Assembly: GCF_004010195.1 (NCBI RefSeq)
Contig: NC_057743.1
Coordinates: forward strand, 23,409,970-23,473,969
DNA: 64,000 nt
Direction of reading: 5' to 3'
From: Chiloscyllium plagiosum
Lineage: Eukaryota
Shown here: in pieces, positions 13,581 to 24,700 of the stretch
Layout of the letters: each line of letters starts with the position of its first letter
Numbering within the stretch: the stretch's first letter is position 1
The notes under the pieces: model-generated
Databases searched by the model: none
Told to the model about the DNA's origin: nothing
The model's input: the letters and a program-made list of their open reading frames with translations, nothing else
Made by a program: the position numbers and the translations under genes

Positions 13581-14556
13581 GATAGACCAGCATCAGGAGG
13601 TGGCGAAGTGGACGTTTCAGGTGTAACCCTTCTTCAGGATCTGCATCTGCAGTTCTGTTTTGTCTCTAACCAAGTTTGTACCAAGACAAAGTCTCTTCAA
13701 AGGATGCACACATTTTGAAGAAGTTCTTTGCCCCTCCTGATGCTGCCTGGCTTGCTGTGTTCTTCCAGCCTCCTGCCTGTCTACCTTGGATTCCAGCATC
13801 TGCACTTTTGTTTTCATCCCTAAACACGATCTTATTGATGGCAGAGCAGACCCGATGGGGCTCTTGCCCCTACATCCTATGGTCTAAATGTGTTGAGGTT
13901 CTTCACTTCTAGACAGAGAGTGGCCTTCACAGGTGGGAGGAACCATGTTGAACTGAGCCTGAGGCAAACAGACTCCAACGGTTTCCCGAATGGATTCTGA
14001 AACGACAGAATCAAATTCAAACCAAAATCCGAACCATGGAGGCAGCTCAGCGCCGTACCCAGGGAAGTGTCATAACCACACGGAGTAGCCCAGACCAGGG
14101 CTGGGAGGGGGAGGTTTGCTCCGGCCATCCCACCCGTGGACAGCGCGGGTCAGAACTAGCCAGCCATGACCTGTATGAAGTTCACATTGAAACCACCTCA
14201 CTTTCGGATCCAACCCGTTTGACGCAACGTGTTATTGCAAAGTAAGACTGCAAATCCCTAACTTCAGGAGAGAGCTCCTGATTGGTCAGCTTAATTGAGA
14301 ACAGTCTAGACAGCGTTGGGGTGGGGATGGCTGTGGTCTTGTGGCCCAGTGATGGTGTCCCTACCTCTGAGCCAAGAGATCCGGGTTCAAGTACCCCCTT
14401 GGCGCCAGACGTTTGTAAAAACAGGTTCCTTGGAACATATCTAGAGATTGCTGGACTGACTATTCAGAGCGATGGCACCGAGCCACGGAGTAAGGTTAAA
14501 TAAAAGCGGAAAGTACTGGAGAAACTCTCTCTGGGGTGGGACCTCAAGAAAGCTAC

Positions 14557-15667
14557 CTGTTCATAACTCTCCGCTTCGACATGTTCGCGCCTCCTCAGCT
14601 GTTTCGCCACCGACTTGGGTAACATCTGATGCAGGAGGTCCTCGGCCAGGCGCCTCTGCAGCTTCAGCTCCTCAGTGCGCTCCTTCAGGCCCCGGGCATA
14701 GTTCTGGATCCATTCGGTCATCTGTTTGAAGGAGAGCAACACTATCGGGTAAATGAGGCAGGCGGTGCTCAACAAGGTGATCCGGAAGCTCACGGCAGAC
14801 AGAATGTCTCTGGATTTCTCTCGCATCGAGTCTGTGCTGATGTGAAGTAGACAATCCTGGATAAAGCTGATGTGGTGAAGTATCACATCCCTCTGGGACG
14901 TTTGAGACACCAGGTCAGTGGAAGGTATGAACTGACAGACTCCTTCACAGTCAGTAAAGTGGAGCGAGAGATTCATGTTCTTTCTGCAGCAGCCCTGCAG
15001 GTTTTCTGACATGAACAGAGCATGGTTCAGCCTGGTTGAGATTTGGTGCCATGTTGTCGGAGGATCCCCTGGTCCAGCACGCTGTGAGGAGGCTGCGAGC
15101 TGTGACCTGTACCACATGAACATCTCTTCCTTGGATCTAAGTACCATCCTGAGAGACAGCACATCTGCCCAGTCCTGGTTAGACCTGGCCAGGCTCAGGT
15201 CTCTTTCTGGGCCCTCGAGGGCCCTCAGTAGGTTGGAGATAATGGACGAGATGAGATTGTCCCCCTCATCCTCATCAAGCGGCCAGCTTGCAATCTCTGT
15301 GCTGCCATTCACAAACTGGGGACAAGGAAATTCTGCCTTCAAACAGCCCGAGTGGCTCTTCCGGATGGCGAGCGCCAGTTCTTTGCAGGTGCCCTGGATC
15401 CAGTCGCTGCTGTGGGTGACCGAGGAGCTGTTTGGATGCCACCAGACAAAGGCACGTTCTTCCTGCAGCCGGTTGATCAGGTGAAGGAGGAGAAGGTTTC
15501 TGCAGGAAGCCACAGCCTGGAGCGCATTCTCTGTCTCTCTCCACGTCCTCAGGCTGCTGTCCAGGTCAAGACAGATCGAGCCCAGCAAGGCGGCCAAGGA
15601 CAGAAGGCAAGCGGCTCCGATCCTGCGGACAGTGCGGTTTCCTCCCGCTTCAGGTGGGGGCACACAC
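14557..15667 (-). CDS. Large exon of atypical guanylyl cyclase: TM1, NIT-like loop, TM2, coiled coil
   Basis: ORF 14464-15663. Acceptor ttccctgtcttccag before 15667, donor CAG|gtagc after 14557. Hydrophobic IGAACLLSLAALLGSICL and FRITLLSTACLIYPIVLLSF, followed by KERTEELKLQRRLAEDLLHQMLPKSVAKQL (GC dimerisation helix / LLxxMLP motif). Confidence 0.88.
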
Positions 15668-17480
15668 CTGGAAGACAGGGAACAAGGTCAGGAAAAGCTG
15701 CCTTTGAGGCTGACCAGCCGCCGCTCTTACCAGAGAGTCTCAAGGCTGCAAGGAACCGTCAGTCAGCCACCCACTTACTGCCAGTGGGTGATCAGGTGAT
15801 GAAGCAGCGCTCCGAAAGCTAGTGCTTCCAAATAAACCTGTTGGACTGTAACCTGGTGTTGTGTGATTTTGAACTCTGGAGTGTCTGTGGGTGTCTCCAC
15901 GTTTCTCTGTCGCTCGGACTGCAAACATGTTACACCCCGGTTTTTGGCCAGTTTGACACAGTGCTGCTATCCACTTGTACAGAAAGAAAGGACTTTGTTC
16001 TTTTCTAAATAGTGAAAATGCAGAATGGGTAAAGAGATTTAAGGGCGAGGATCCCTGTACATAAATCGTTAAAATGTCACCACAAGGACAGAAAATAAAC
16101 CAGAAAGGCTTCTGGACTGCTGGCCTATGTAATTCGAGGAACAGGAAGCGCGGGAGCAATCTGCTGTTGAGACCACATCCAGAATACTGCCAGCAATTCA
16201 GACTACTACAGCCCTCAGGGAGGCTGTGTTAGCCTCGGAGGGATTTGCAGATTTTCTTTCTATTCGTTCCTGGGATGTGGGTGTCTGACCAGGCCAGCAT
16301 TTATTGCCCAGAGGGCCGTTAAGAGTCAATTCCACTGCTGCGGCTCTGGAGTCACATGCAGACCAGACCAGGTAAAGATGCCTACCTTGAAGAAGTTCTC
16401 TTCTCTCTACAAGAACCTCAGTGAGTCTCTCTCCCTCTCTCACTCACTGCAAACCCCAGGTCATCTCCTCTGCCCTGAAGCTGTTATTCTTGGCTACCTT
16501 CTCCTCAGTCCCACCCCACCCCCTACTATTTATCTCTCCACCCTGGGGGCTCCCTGCCTTCATTCCTTTCCTGCTCCTCAGTGCTGTCTGACCTGATGTG
16601 CTTTTCCAGCACCACTCTAATCTAGGTAAAGGTGACAGTTACCCTCTCTTATAGACATTAGTGAACCAGGTGGGTTTTTTTTCCTCCTGACCGTGGTCAC
16701 CATTAGACTCTTAATTCTCGATTTTGGTCGCATTCAAGTGTTATCATCAGCCACCATCCCATTGATTTTTGGAGCGAATTGAGAACGTGAAATGGCCTCT
16801 TGTTCCCCCTGCCGCTGTCACACGAGGTATCATTCTGTTTCCCTCTCTCTGTTTCTCTGAATTATTGTGCATCAGCGTCCCGCTCTCATTGTCAGGGCTA
16901 GGTTGTGACTTCGTGCGTGTGATCGTCGGTCCGAAGCCCACTTTGTCTTTCCTGCGATAGGAATAGAATGGGTTTGGGTACCTACCCCCTCACCCCTGTT
17001 ACACCATTGGATAAAGCCAAAATCTACCTCTCTCTTTGTGTTTGTTTCTAAATACACAGAACCGAGATGTTTTTAAGTAAATGTGGGTATATTCATTGCC
17101 AAATTACATATTGTGGTTTAGTTTCTGCTCCGAGTTAAACGGCTGTAAGAGTTCAGCGTGCATTCGTTTTAAAAGCGAGTAAATCAAATTCCTCTGTCAA
17201 ATGCAAAATTATTTTCAGACCTAGGGTCAGATTGCCATTATCTTGATTGTCCCAGGGCAGGAAGTGGTAAAGGAGTGCCTAAAAACTGCTACCTAAAATT
17301 ACACATAATCAACATTTTACTGAGTTGACGATTTGTGTTTTTTCATCAGAACAGCGATCATTCTGAGAGCCTGAAATCCCGAGTACATGCTCATCCCTCC
17401 AAAACCTTCAACAAAGGGTCAATGCCTCACATCTTCCCGGTCGTTTCCCGATTATTTTAGCTAACTTCAGAAGTCCCAGG

Positions 17481-17790
17481 ACACCAGGTTATAGTCCACT
17501 GGGAGAAAGTGAGGACTGCAGGTGCTGGAGATCGGAGTCAAGAAGTACGTGCTGGAAAGTGCACCCCTGATGTACAGCTTATGCTCAAAACGTCGACTCT
17601 CCTGTTCCTCGGATGCTGCCTGACCGGTTGTGTTTTTCCCAGCGCCACACTTATTTATGGTCCAACAGGTTTATTTGAAATCACAAGTTTTCAGAGCAGC
17701 TCCGAAAGCTTGTGACTTCAAGTAAACCTGTTGGACTTTAACCTGGTGTCGTGTGACTTCTGACCCCGTCCAACACCGGCACCTCCACAT
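17481..17790. mobile_element. Nested Penelope-terminus mini-elements (family A inside family B)
   Basis: The family B end acaccaggttatagtcca is interrupted by a family A fold-back and resumes at ttatggtccaacagg. Confidence 0.65.
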
Positions 17791-18765
17791 GGCTCCAAAT
17801 CTCGAGTTTTCCATTTTCCAGAGGAATGGTCACTCGACCCTAAATGTTAGCTCTGATTGCCCTCCACGGATGCTGCCAGACCTGCAGAAGCTTTCCAGCA
17901 ATGTTTATGTTTGCCTTTGCAGATTTCGATATTTTATTTACATTTGATGGCCGGGCGAGAGGCTAGTGTGTTATTTCGCCATCACAAAATTATTGCCAGG
18001 TTTATATTTAACACGGCCCAGGCCCAGCTCCGATTAGTCCGTTAATCAACGGAATTTGCGCAGGCGGACGGTGTTCGGTAAAAACAATAGTCACTTTGTC
18101 TCCATCAGATACCCCCGAGGCCTCCTCTGCCTCAGCCCCGCCGTTCGATGCCTGTTTCTGGGCTCTGTTCCGAGGTGACAACGCTCCCGGAGCCCGCCAC
18201 CATGATTCCGCTCCGCATCTCATTTCCCAACTTAATGTAAAACTCATCTCGGCTTGTGTCGCCGGAGAACTGAGTAGACCGCAGTAAATGTAAGATTTAA
18301 TTTCTGCCGGTTAGAAAACGGACCGGACTGATGGAGGTTAGTTAGGTAACAGTGGAACGAAACTGAAAATCTGCTGGAAATCTGAGATAACTCGACAAGC
18401 TGAAAAAGCTCAACATCGAAAACAAAATAGAGAACTGCGGAAATCAGAAACAAAAAAAAACAGAAATTGCTGTAAAAGCTCAGCAGGTCTGACAACATCT
18501 CTGGAGAGAAATCAGAATTAACGTTTCGGGTTCAGAGAGCCTCCCTCAGCACTGCAGTCAGCCGGATTTTCAAAAGGTTAATCTTTCTGAACTGACTGAT
18601 TTGCTGAGAATTTCCAATATTTTTTTTCGTTAAAATTCATCTGATCTACACACTGACCACAGGCGCCTGTTGAACCTCGTGTTCCAGTCTGTTTACCTGG
18701 AAATGTCACAGAGCGAGTCTGAAGCCGTGTCATGACATCCCTGATCCTGGGGCCGTTTCACTTAC

Positions 18766-18782
18766 CGACTCTGGATCGCCAT
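18766..18782 (-). CDS. Candidate first coding exon of the atypical guanylyl cyclase
   Basis: AAAGCC-ATG-G (strong Kozak), ATG GCG ATC CAG AGT CG|gtaagt. The phase-2 end matches the 15667 acceptor, giving MAIQSR-CVPPPEAGG. An in-frame upstream ATG exists at 18860. Intervening exons (e.g. starting at ~18269 or ~16951) cannot be excluded. Confidence 0.5.
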
Positions 18783-21700
18783 GGCTTTCCCTTTAGCGGA
18801 GGAAGGAGGCTGAACCCCCAAGGAGAAACCAGCCTCAATTCTCCAGCTGGCTGCAGACATGAGCACAGTACAGTGAGAGGTGAGCCAACACGAAACCCTG
18901 ACACCCGCCGGAATCTCTCAGTGCCACCTCGAGCCGGTGAGGATGGGCCCTGGCATCACGGGACTTGAAACCGCCACCGGAGAACCTGCAGCTGGCGGAG
19001 GGTTAACCGAACAGGGTCCGCCACTCGATGTGAGAGCGAATGAGAGGAAGAGGGAAGAGGATCCCATGTGGCCAAATGGAGCCAATGAAGTCACCACCAG
19101 AGAGAGAGAGAGAGATGGAAGAAAATCTCCCGCCAGCCTCCAGCCCTCAGTCAAACCACCACCAACATCACCCCCCCNCCCCCCTCCCTCCCAAACCCCA
19201 GCTCCAGACAGTCCCGGAGTATGGAAACCAGCATTGCTCTGAAGACAGATACTCGCCTGCATTAGACGTGGGAAGGTCACCTCTGGCTGTTCCTTCAGAA
19301 ACTATTTCCCTCTTCCCCAGGATTATCCTGGCCTTTCATCTCCACCTCCACTCTTTGCGAATCTGCCTCTGTGTTTTGCCTTAACTGTAGTTTAGGAAGA
19401 GAAGCGAATTCGTGGTTTTCGAAGGAATTGGATTCGGGGCGAAACGAGCGATATCCGTTCAGTCGTTTCCCGTTAGTCTAATTGCGCGGCTTGTTCTCTG
19501 GCTGCAACTGAAGTGAGTTTCCGCTGCAGGTGTCACAGGCGGGCGATGTGCTATCGTCAGGGAGAAAACTGGGGCTAAGATTCATTCCCAGCCTGCACGC
19601 TCCAATACTTCTTGTGCAAATAAATCGTTCCCAATCTCTCCCTCAGTACCACAATTAGCTCTCTCGAGTAATAAATTACATGGGTTCAGTTACACTCATC
19701 TCAAGCAGTTAAGATACACTTTGCAACTTTTTTTGATGTTCAACCAGAGAATAAAGACCATCTGACCTGACCATCCAGACTCCGTCCACCTGACAAAATA
19801 CTATGCCAGAGGCATCCCACCCGGGATACTGTCTGAAGTTTAAGGGCTGCAAAATAACATTCCACCGACAAAGCATAGCACTTCATACAAATATCATTTA
19901 ATGATTCGTAGAATAACCTAATCATCTTTTTGGAATAAAGTCTGTGAAAAAATCGACCCGGTAAATAGTAAGAATTCAATTCTAGCCACCATGTATCTGG
20001 TTAGGATTCGGCAGCCATTCCTGTCCACTTCCAGCCGTGGGAATTATTTTCCCCATTTCATAGCGCCTTCCAAATCCTTGGCCTCGACCAGATAAGACCA
20101 ACTGATAGATGGGAACACCACCACCTGCACGTTTCCCTCCAAGATGCATACCATCCTGTGTTGGAACTGTTTATTCACTGTCACTGAGTCAAAATCCTGA
20201 AACTCCTTCCATAACCGCTACGGGCACCCTCCCCCCCCCCACCCCAAACCCCCCAACCCCAGAGCTACAACAGTTCAGAAAGGCAGCTCCTCAGCCCGGT
20301 CTAAAGAGCAATTTAGAGATGGAGAATAGTTCAGAAAACTCCAAATCCCATGAACGAGGTAAAATGACATACTCGCCTGCATGGGCTGTTGTTATCGAAC
20401 AGATAGTGTAATTTTCTTTAAGCGAACTTTGTTTTAACCTCTTAAAAAGACAGGTAAGGAAAAGCTGACACTGACAATACACAAAACCTTATTAGAAAAA
20501 TCAAAACCCTAGGATTAAATTATACATTTGTAAGGTACACAAAATTGGGAAAGTTTGTTTTTCACCGTGTAAGCAAAGGACAAGATACAGTACACTTCAA
20601 CTAGACCCGTTATTTCGGAGGAAAAGGTGTATTATAATTAATATAATATTAAATACTGATCATAACTGATCATGAAGAGGTAGTTAGCTTAACATAAACA
20701 ACAAATGATATTTCAATTTACAAAAAGTTACTTCCATTTACAAAGTCCCCTGTCATATATTACATCTCGAATAGTAAAGAATAAAATGCAAAAATATAAA
20801 GACGACAGTTTTCGATGAACTTCAAGTTTATGAAGGCGCGGGCTGCCCAGGAGAACATTCACAAATGTTTCTGAAGGTAAACTGTTAGCATGGACTAGTG
20901 GCCAAACTTAAATCGAGACTGAAACATCAGTCCGAGCTCTGTACCTGTACTGCAAATGTACAGAGTGTTCAATAGGTGCTGGAAGGGAGCTGGCATTTAC
21001 AGCAAAAGCGTGAACTGTGAGAGTAATTTGTCCTATCAGCATCATGGAGCAATATGTGACAACATCGACCTTCACCGAACTTGTGCTTTTATGATTAAAC
21101 CTGAAAAGTGGACTCACCTTCAACCACTTAATTAATTCTATTTTATGCAGTGAGCCATCCGCTGTATAATTTCCGAGTTTGTGACCGAAATTGAATATTC
21201 ATTTTGTTGTGCAGTTGGAGATCAACTTGTTTGTTCTGACGACGCAGCATTTTACCAGAGGTCCTTTTGATGTTTGGAAATGGAGAGGACGATACAAAGA
21301 TAGTCCACCTGAGACCTACTCATATTCAGAGCCAGACAATATGCTGCACAGGGGAAGTCTGATGGAGTCGCCGCCAACAGGCAGAATCCTCGCCCGATTC
21401 CATCAGTTGCTCTCATACACAGTATCCGAACACGAAAAGACATCTGGATGGGTATATAAATAAGGGTTTAAGAGGGATATGGGCCAAGTGCTGGCAAATA
21501 GGACTAGATTAGGTTGGGATATCTGGTCGGCATAGACCAGTTGACCGAAGAGTCTGTTTCCGTGCTGTTTCCATCTCTATGACTCAGCTAAACTGCTCCT
21601 CCACCACTTAAACAAACATCCACTTGGAACGTGTAGGTCTTCAGTTGGACCCCAGCTAGAGCACTGTGCACACTTTGGGTTTCATTTAAGGAATAACATA

Positions 21701-24700
21701 GTGACCAAGAGCAGTGAAGATTCAATGGGGCATTACCAGGGATACGGAGTCACACTCATAAAGAGAAATTCGATACCTTTGCTGAGGGGTGCCTGTTAGA
21801 GTATTATCGCAGAGACAGGTAAACATTGTTTCTACCGACTAAAGGATTGGCAGAAAGAGGTGATAGTGAATAGAGTTAAATGGGACCTTCAAAGCACACA
21901 GGGTGGCTACAATGTGGGATTCTATTTTTGTTCTATTTAATCTATTTTTTTTTTCTCTGATCAGCCTATGCAGACCTCCGGAGCAGATGCGACCTGAAGC
22001 CGGGCCTTCCTGTCCAAGGATAGGGACATTACTATTGTGAAAGCAGAGTCCAAAACACCTTTACATGAGAATGAGCTTAACAGTATGGAATACTAAAGGC
22101 TTCGCTGAATGAGCAGGAGCAGGGGAGGACCAGGCAGGGTAGCTCGGGAGAGATGAAACAAAGAACGGCGGATGTTGGGAATCTGAAACAAAAGCAGAAA
22201 GTGCTGAAGAAATCCAACAGATCCGGCAGGATTGATGAGGGGGAAACGTTTTCTCGTAGTACAGGAGACAATAACCATGGGACACGGCTTTAAGGTAAGG
22301 GACAGGTTTAGAGGGAATTTGAAGGGGTAATACTTCACCCAGAGGACTGTGGCTATCACCGCCTAAAATGATGGTAGATGCGGGAACACCAACGACAGTT
22401 AAGAAGTATTTTGACGAACACTTGAAACGCCATTGAGTACAAGGCCGAGTAATAGAAAACGGAACTATAAGAGATGGGTATTTGATGATCGACATGGACG
22501 CGATGGGCTGAAGGGCCTCTTTTTTCTCCTTTTTTATATTTCCCCCATACTACCGCCTAACTGCGGTAGTGCTTGTTTTTCCCCAGCAGCCATGTTGTGA
22601 AGGGCTTCTCTATGCTGTAAAAAACACTGATGGATTTAAGTGGGCGTTCATCAAAAAAGAAACCCTCGGAGCTTCGTCGTTAATGCGGTCGCTTTATATT
22701 GGAATGAAATTGTTCGAGTAACAGGAAATAGGGTTATATTTATAACATTGGTGCAAGTCCATTCCAGAGTAGTTCCACCCTCCCAGCTGCCTGACGATGA
22801 TGGCGATGAGCAATTACTCTGCCAGTGACGGTTAGGCCTCATGCTGAAAGAAGGTTCTGCCTCACGCTTTTAAATAATTCCCGATTTCAGGTCGACACGG
22901 GCCGTTGCTCATGCAAAATTATTTGTGAATTTTATCAAAACAGGAGAAGATGTATCGCAGCCGCAACAATGTAACTGGGAGGGAGCGTCATGAACGTATC
23001 TTCCTGAGTGACTTTCTACCATTGGCTAGAGTCCGGGGTGAAAAGCTGGTTTACAGTCTTAAATGTACACCGCCATGAATTAGGCCATAAATAAATACTG
23101 AGGTTAACAAAAAATTAACTAGATATACCCCAGTAAGACCCTGACTGGAGACTGAGAAGTTTTGAGTTCCACACTATAGGAAAAATGTTGTGATTTTATA
23201 TTTACATATGTAAAGAAGACTACTGAGGTAGATGGCTAGCTTGTAGGATCACACTAATGCCAGCAGCATAGGGCTCACTATGGCTGAAATAAGCTTGGAA
23301 ACTGTATCCTTACACGACCAGTGGCTACATAAAATCACAGCCTTTTGGCCATGGTTCAGGAACTAATCCCAAGGATGTAGCTTCAGACAGAGAACTGAAG
23401 ATACGTACACACTAGCCATAATTCAGTGAATCAGTGAGATAATATCCAAAACTTTCCCAGGTCAGTACAGGGCAAATGGAGAAAATTGCCTTCGGCCCTT
23501 TTAAACTGAAAGCAAAGCTTCCTCTAAAACAAAGAGCTGTAGCTGCTGGATATCTGAAACAAAAACAGAAATTGCTGGCGAAACACAGCAGATCTGGTGG
23601 CATCTGTGGGAAGAAAGCAGAGTCCAGTGACTCTTCATCAGAACTGTTAGCAGCTAGGAAATAGAATAGCATTTGTGCTGAAGATTAAGTTGGGGTGGAG
23701 TGTAGCTAAGAGAAGGAGCGAGTTGATAGGTTGTGAAGTCCAGAGACAGAGACAGAAATGAAAAATTCTCTCTACTCTTAGCTCCTATCATCACTTATTC
23801 AACTTTTCTTCTCTTGGGGCCTGCTATCTATAATCTCCTTATTTACCTACTCCTTTTATTTCTCTCCTGCTGCACACCATCTCCACACCCCCAAACTTTG
23901 TCATCAGTCTAAATACGACTTTTCCCTAGCTGCTGACTGTTCTGATGAAGAGTTGATGGGCCTGAAACATTAACTGTGCTTTCTTCCCACAGATGTTGCC
24001 AGATATGCTGAGTTTCTCCAGCAATTTCTGTTTTTGTTGTAAAGATTCTTCTCAAATGGAAAGTAAAGCTTTCATTTTCACTGTCCCCATCAAACACTTC
24101 TAAGATAAGGTCAGCACAGTGTTAGATACAGCATAAAGCTTCTTCTACTCTTTTGAAGCAGAAAGCTTCTACGACACTGCCTCATTATTCCAGACTATCA
24201 TTGGGGTATGAATATACTAACCCAACTGTCATTGTTCATGGTGAGACTAGGTTGAGAGTTGCTGTTTACAACTGTAGGATGCATCACATCTGATCCTGAC
24301 TTTACCCAACATTCATACGCCGAACCTGTTTGACATGTGGTACTCAGTGTAGATCTGGATTCTAAACCTTGGCTCATTCCCCGTTCCCTAATCAAGGATA
24401 CAGTACCCACATATAGTTACCTCTGAGTAAGTGCCTTGACCAAGGAATGAGGATTGAAACCAGTGTCTCTGATTAACAGCCTCAATTATTGAGCAAGTGG
24501 AAACTATCCTTCACTGTTCATAAATGGTAGCAATTGTACGACTGATTCCACTTTAATTGCTGCTGTTAATGTGATGGTGAGTTAAACCAACATTTGATGC
24601 TATAGAAACAATGCAGGTAGTTTTGGCCATTGTGCACGAGAAGTTCTGTTACAGACTTAACAGAGTTACAGCCTCAGGCAGGATGCAACAACAGCAAATG

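Noticed and set aside
14472-15822. Several long plus-strand ORFs (e.g. 14975-15484, 15352-15822)
   Set aside because: Antisense shadows of the GC-rich cyclase exon, with no recognisable motifs.
16769-16960. ORF containing SGLGC, like the end of a CNP ring
   Set aside because: No upstream CFGxxxDRI at the required spacing; chance match.
22920-23003. cag|GAA GAT ACG... as a possible KIAA2013 terminal exon starting ED
   Set aside because: Weak pyrimidine tract, and the peptide (EDTFMTL...) does not resemble the expected short tail; unsupported without transcripts.
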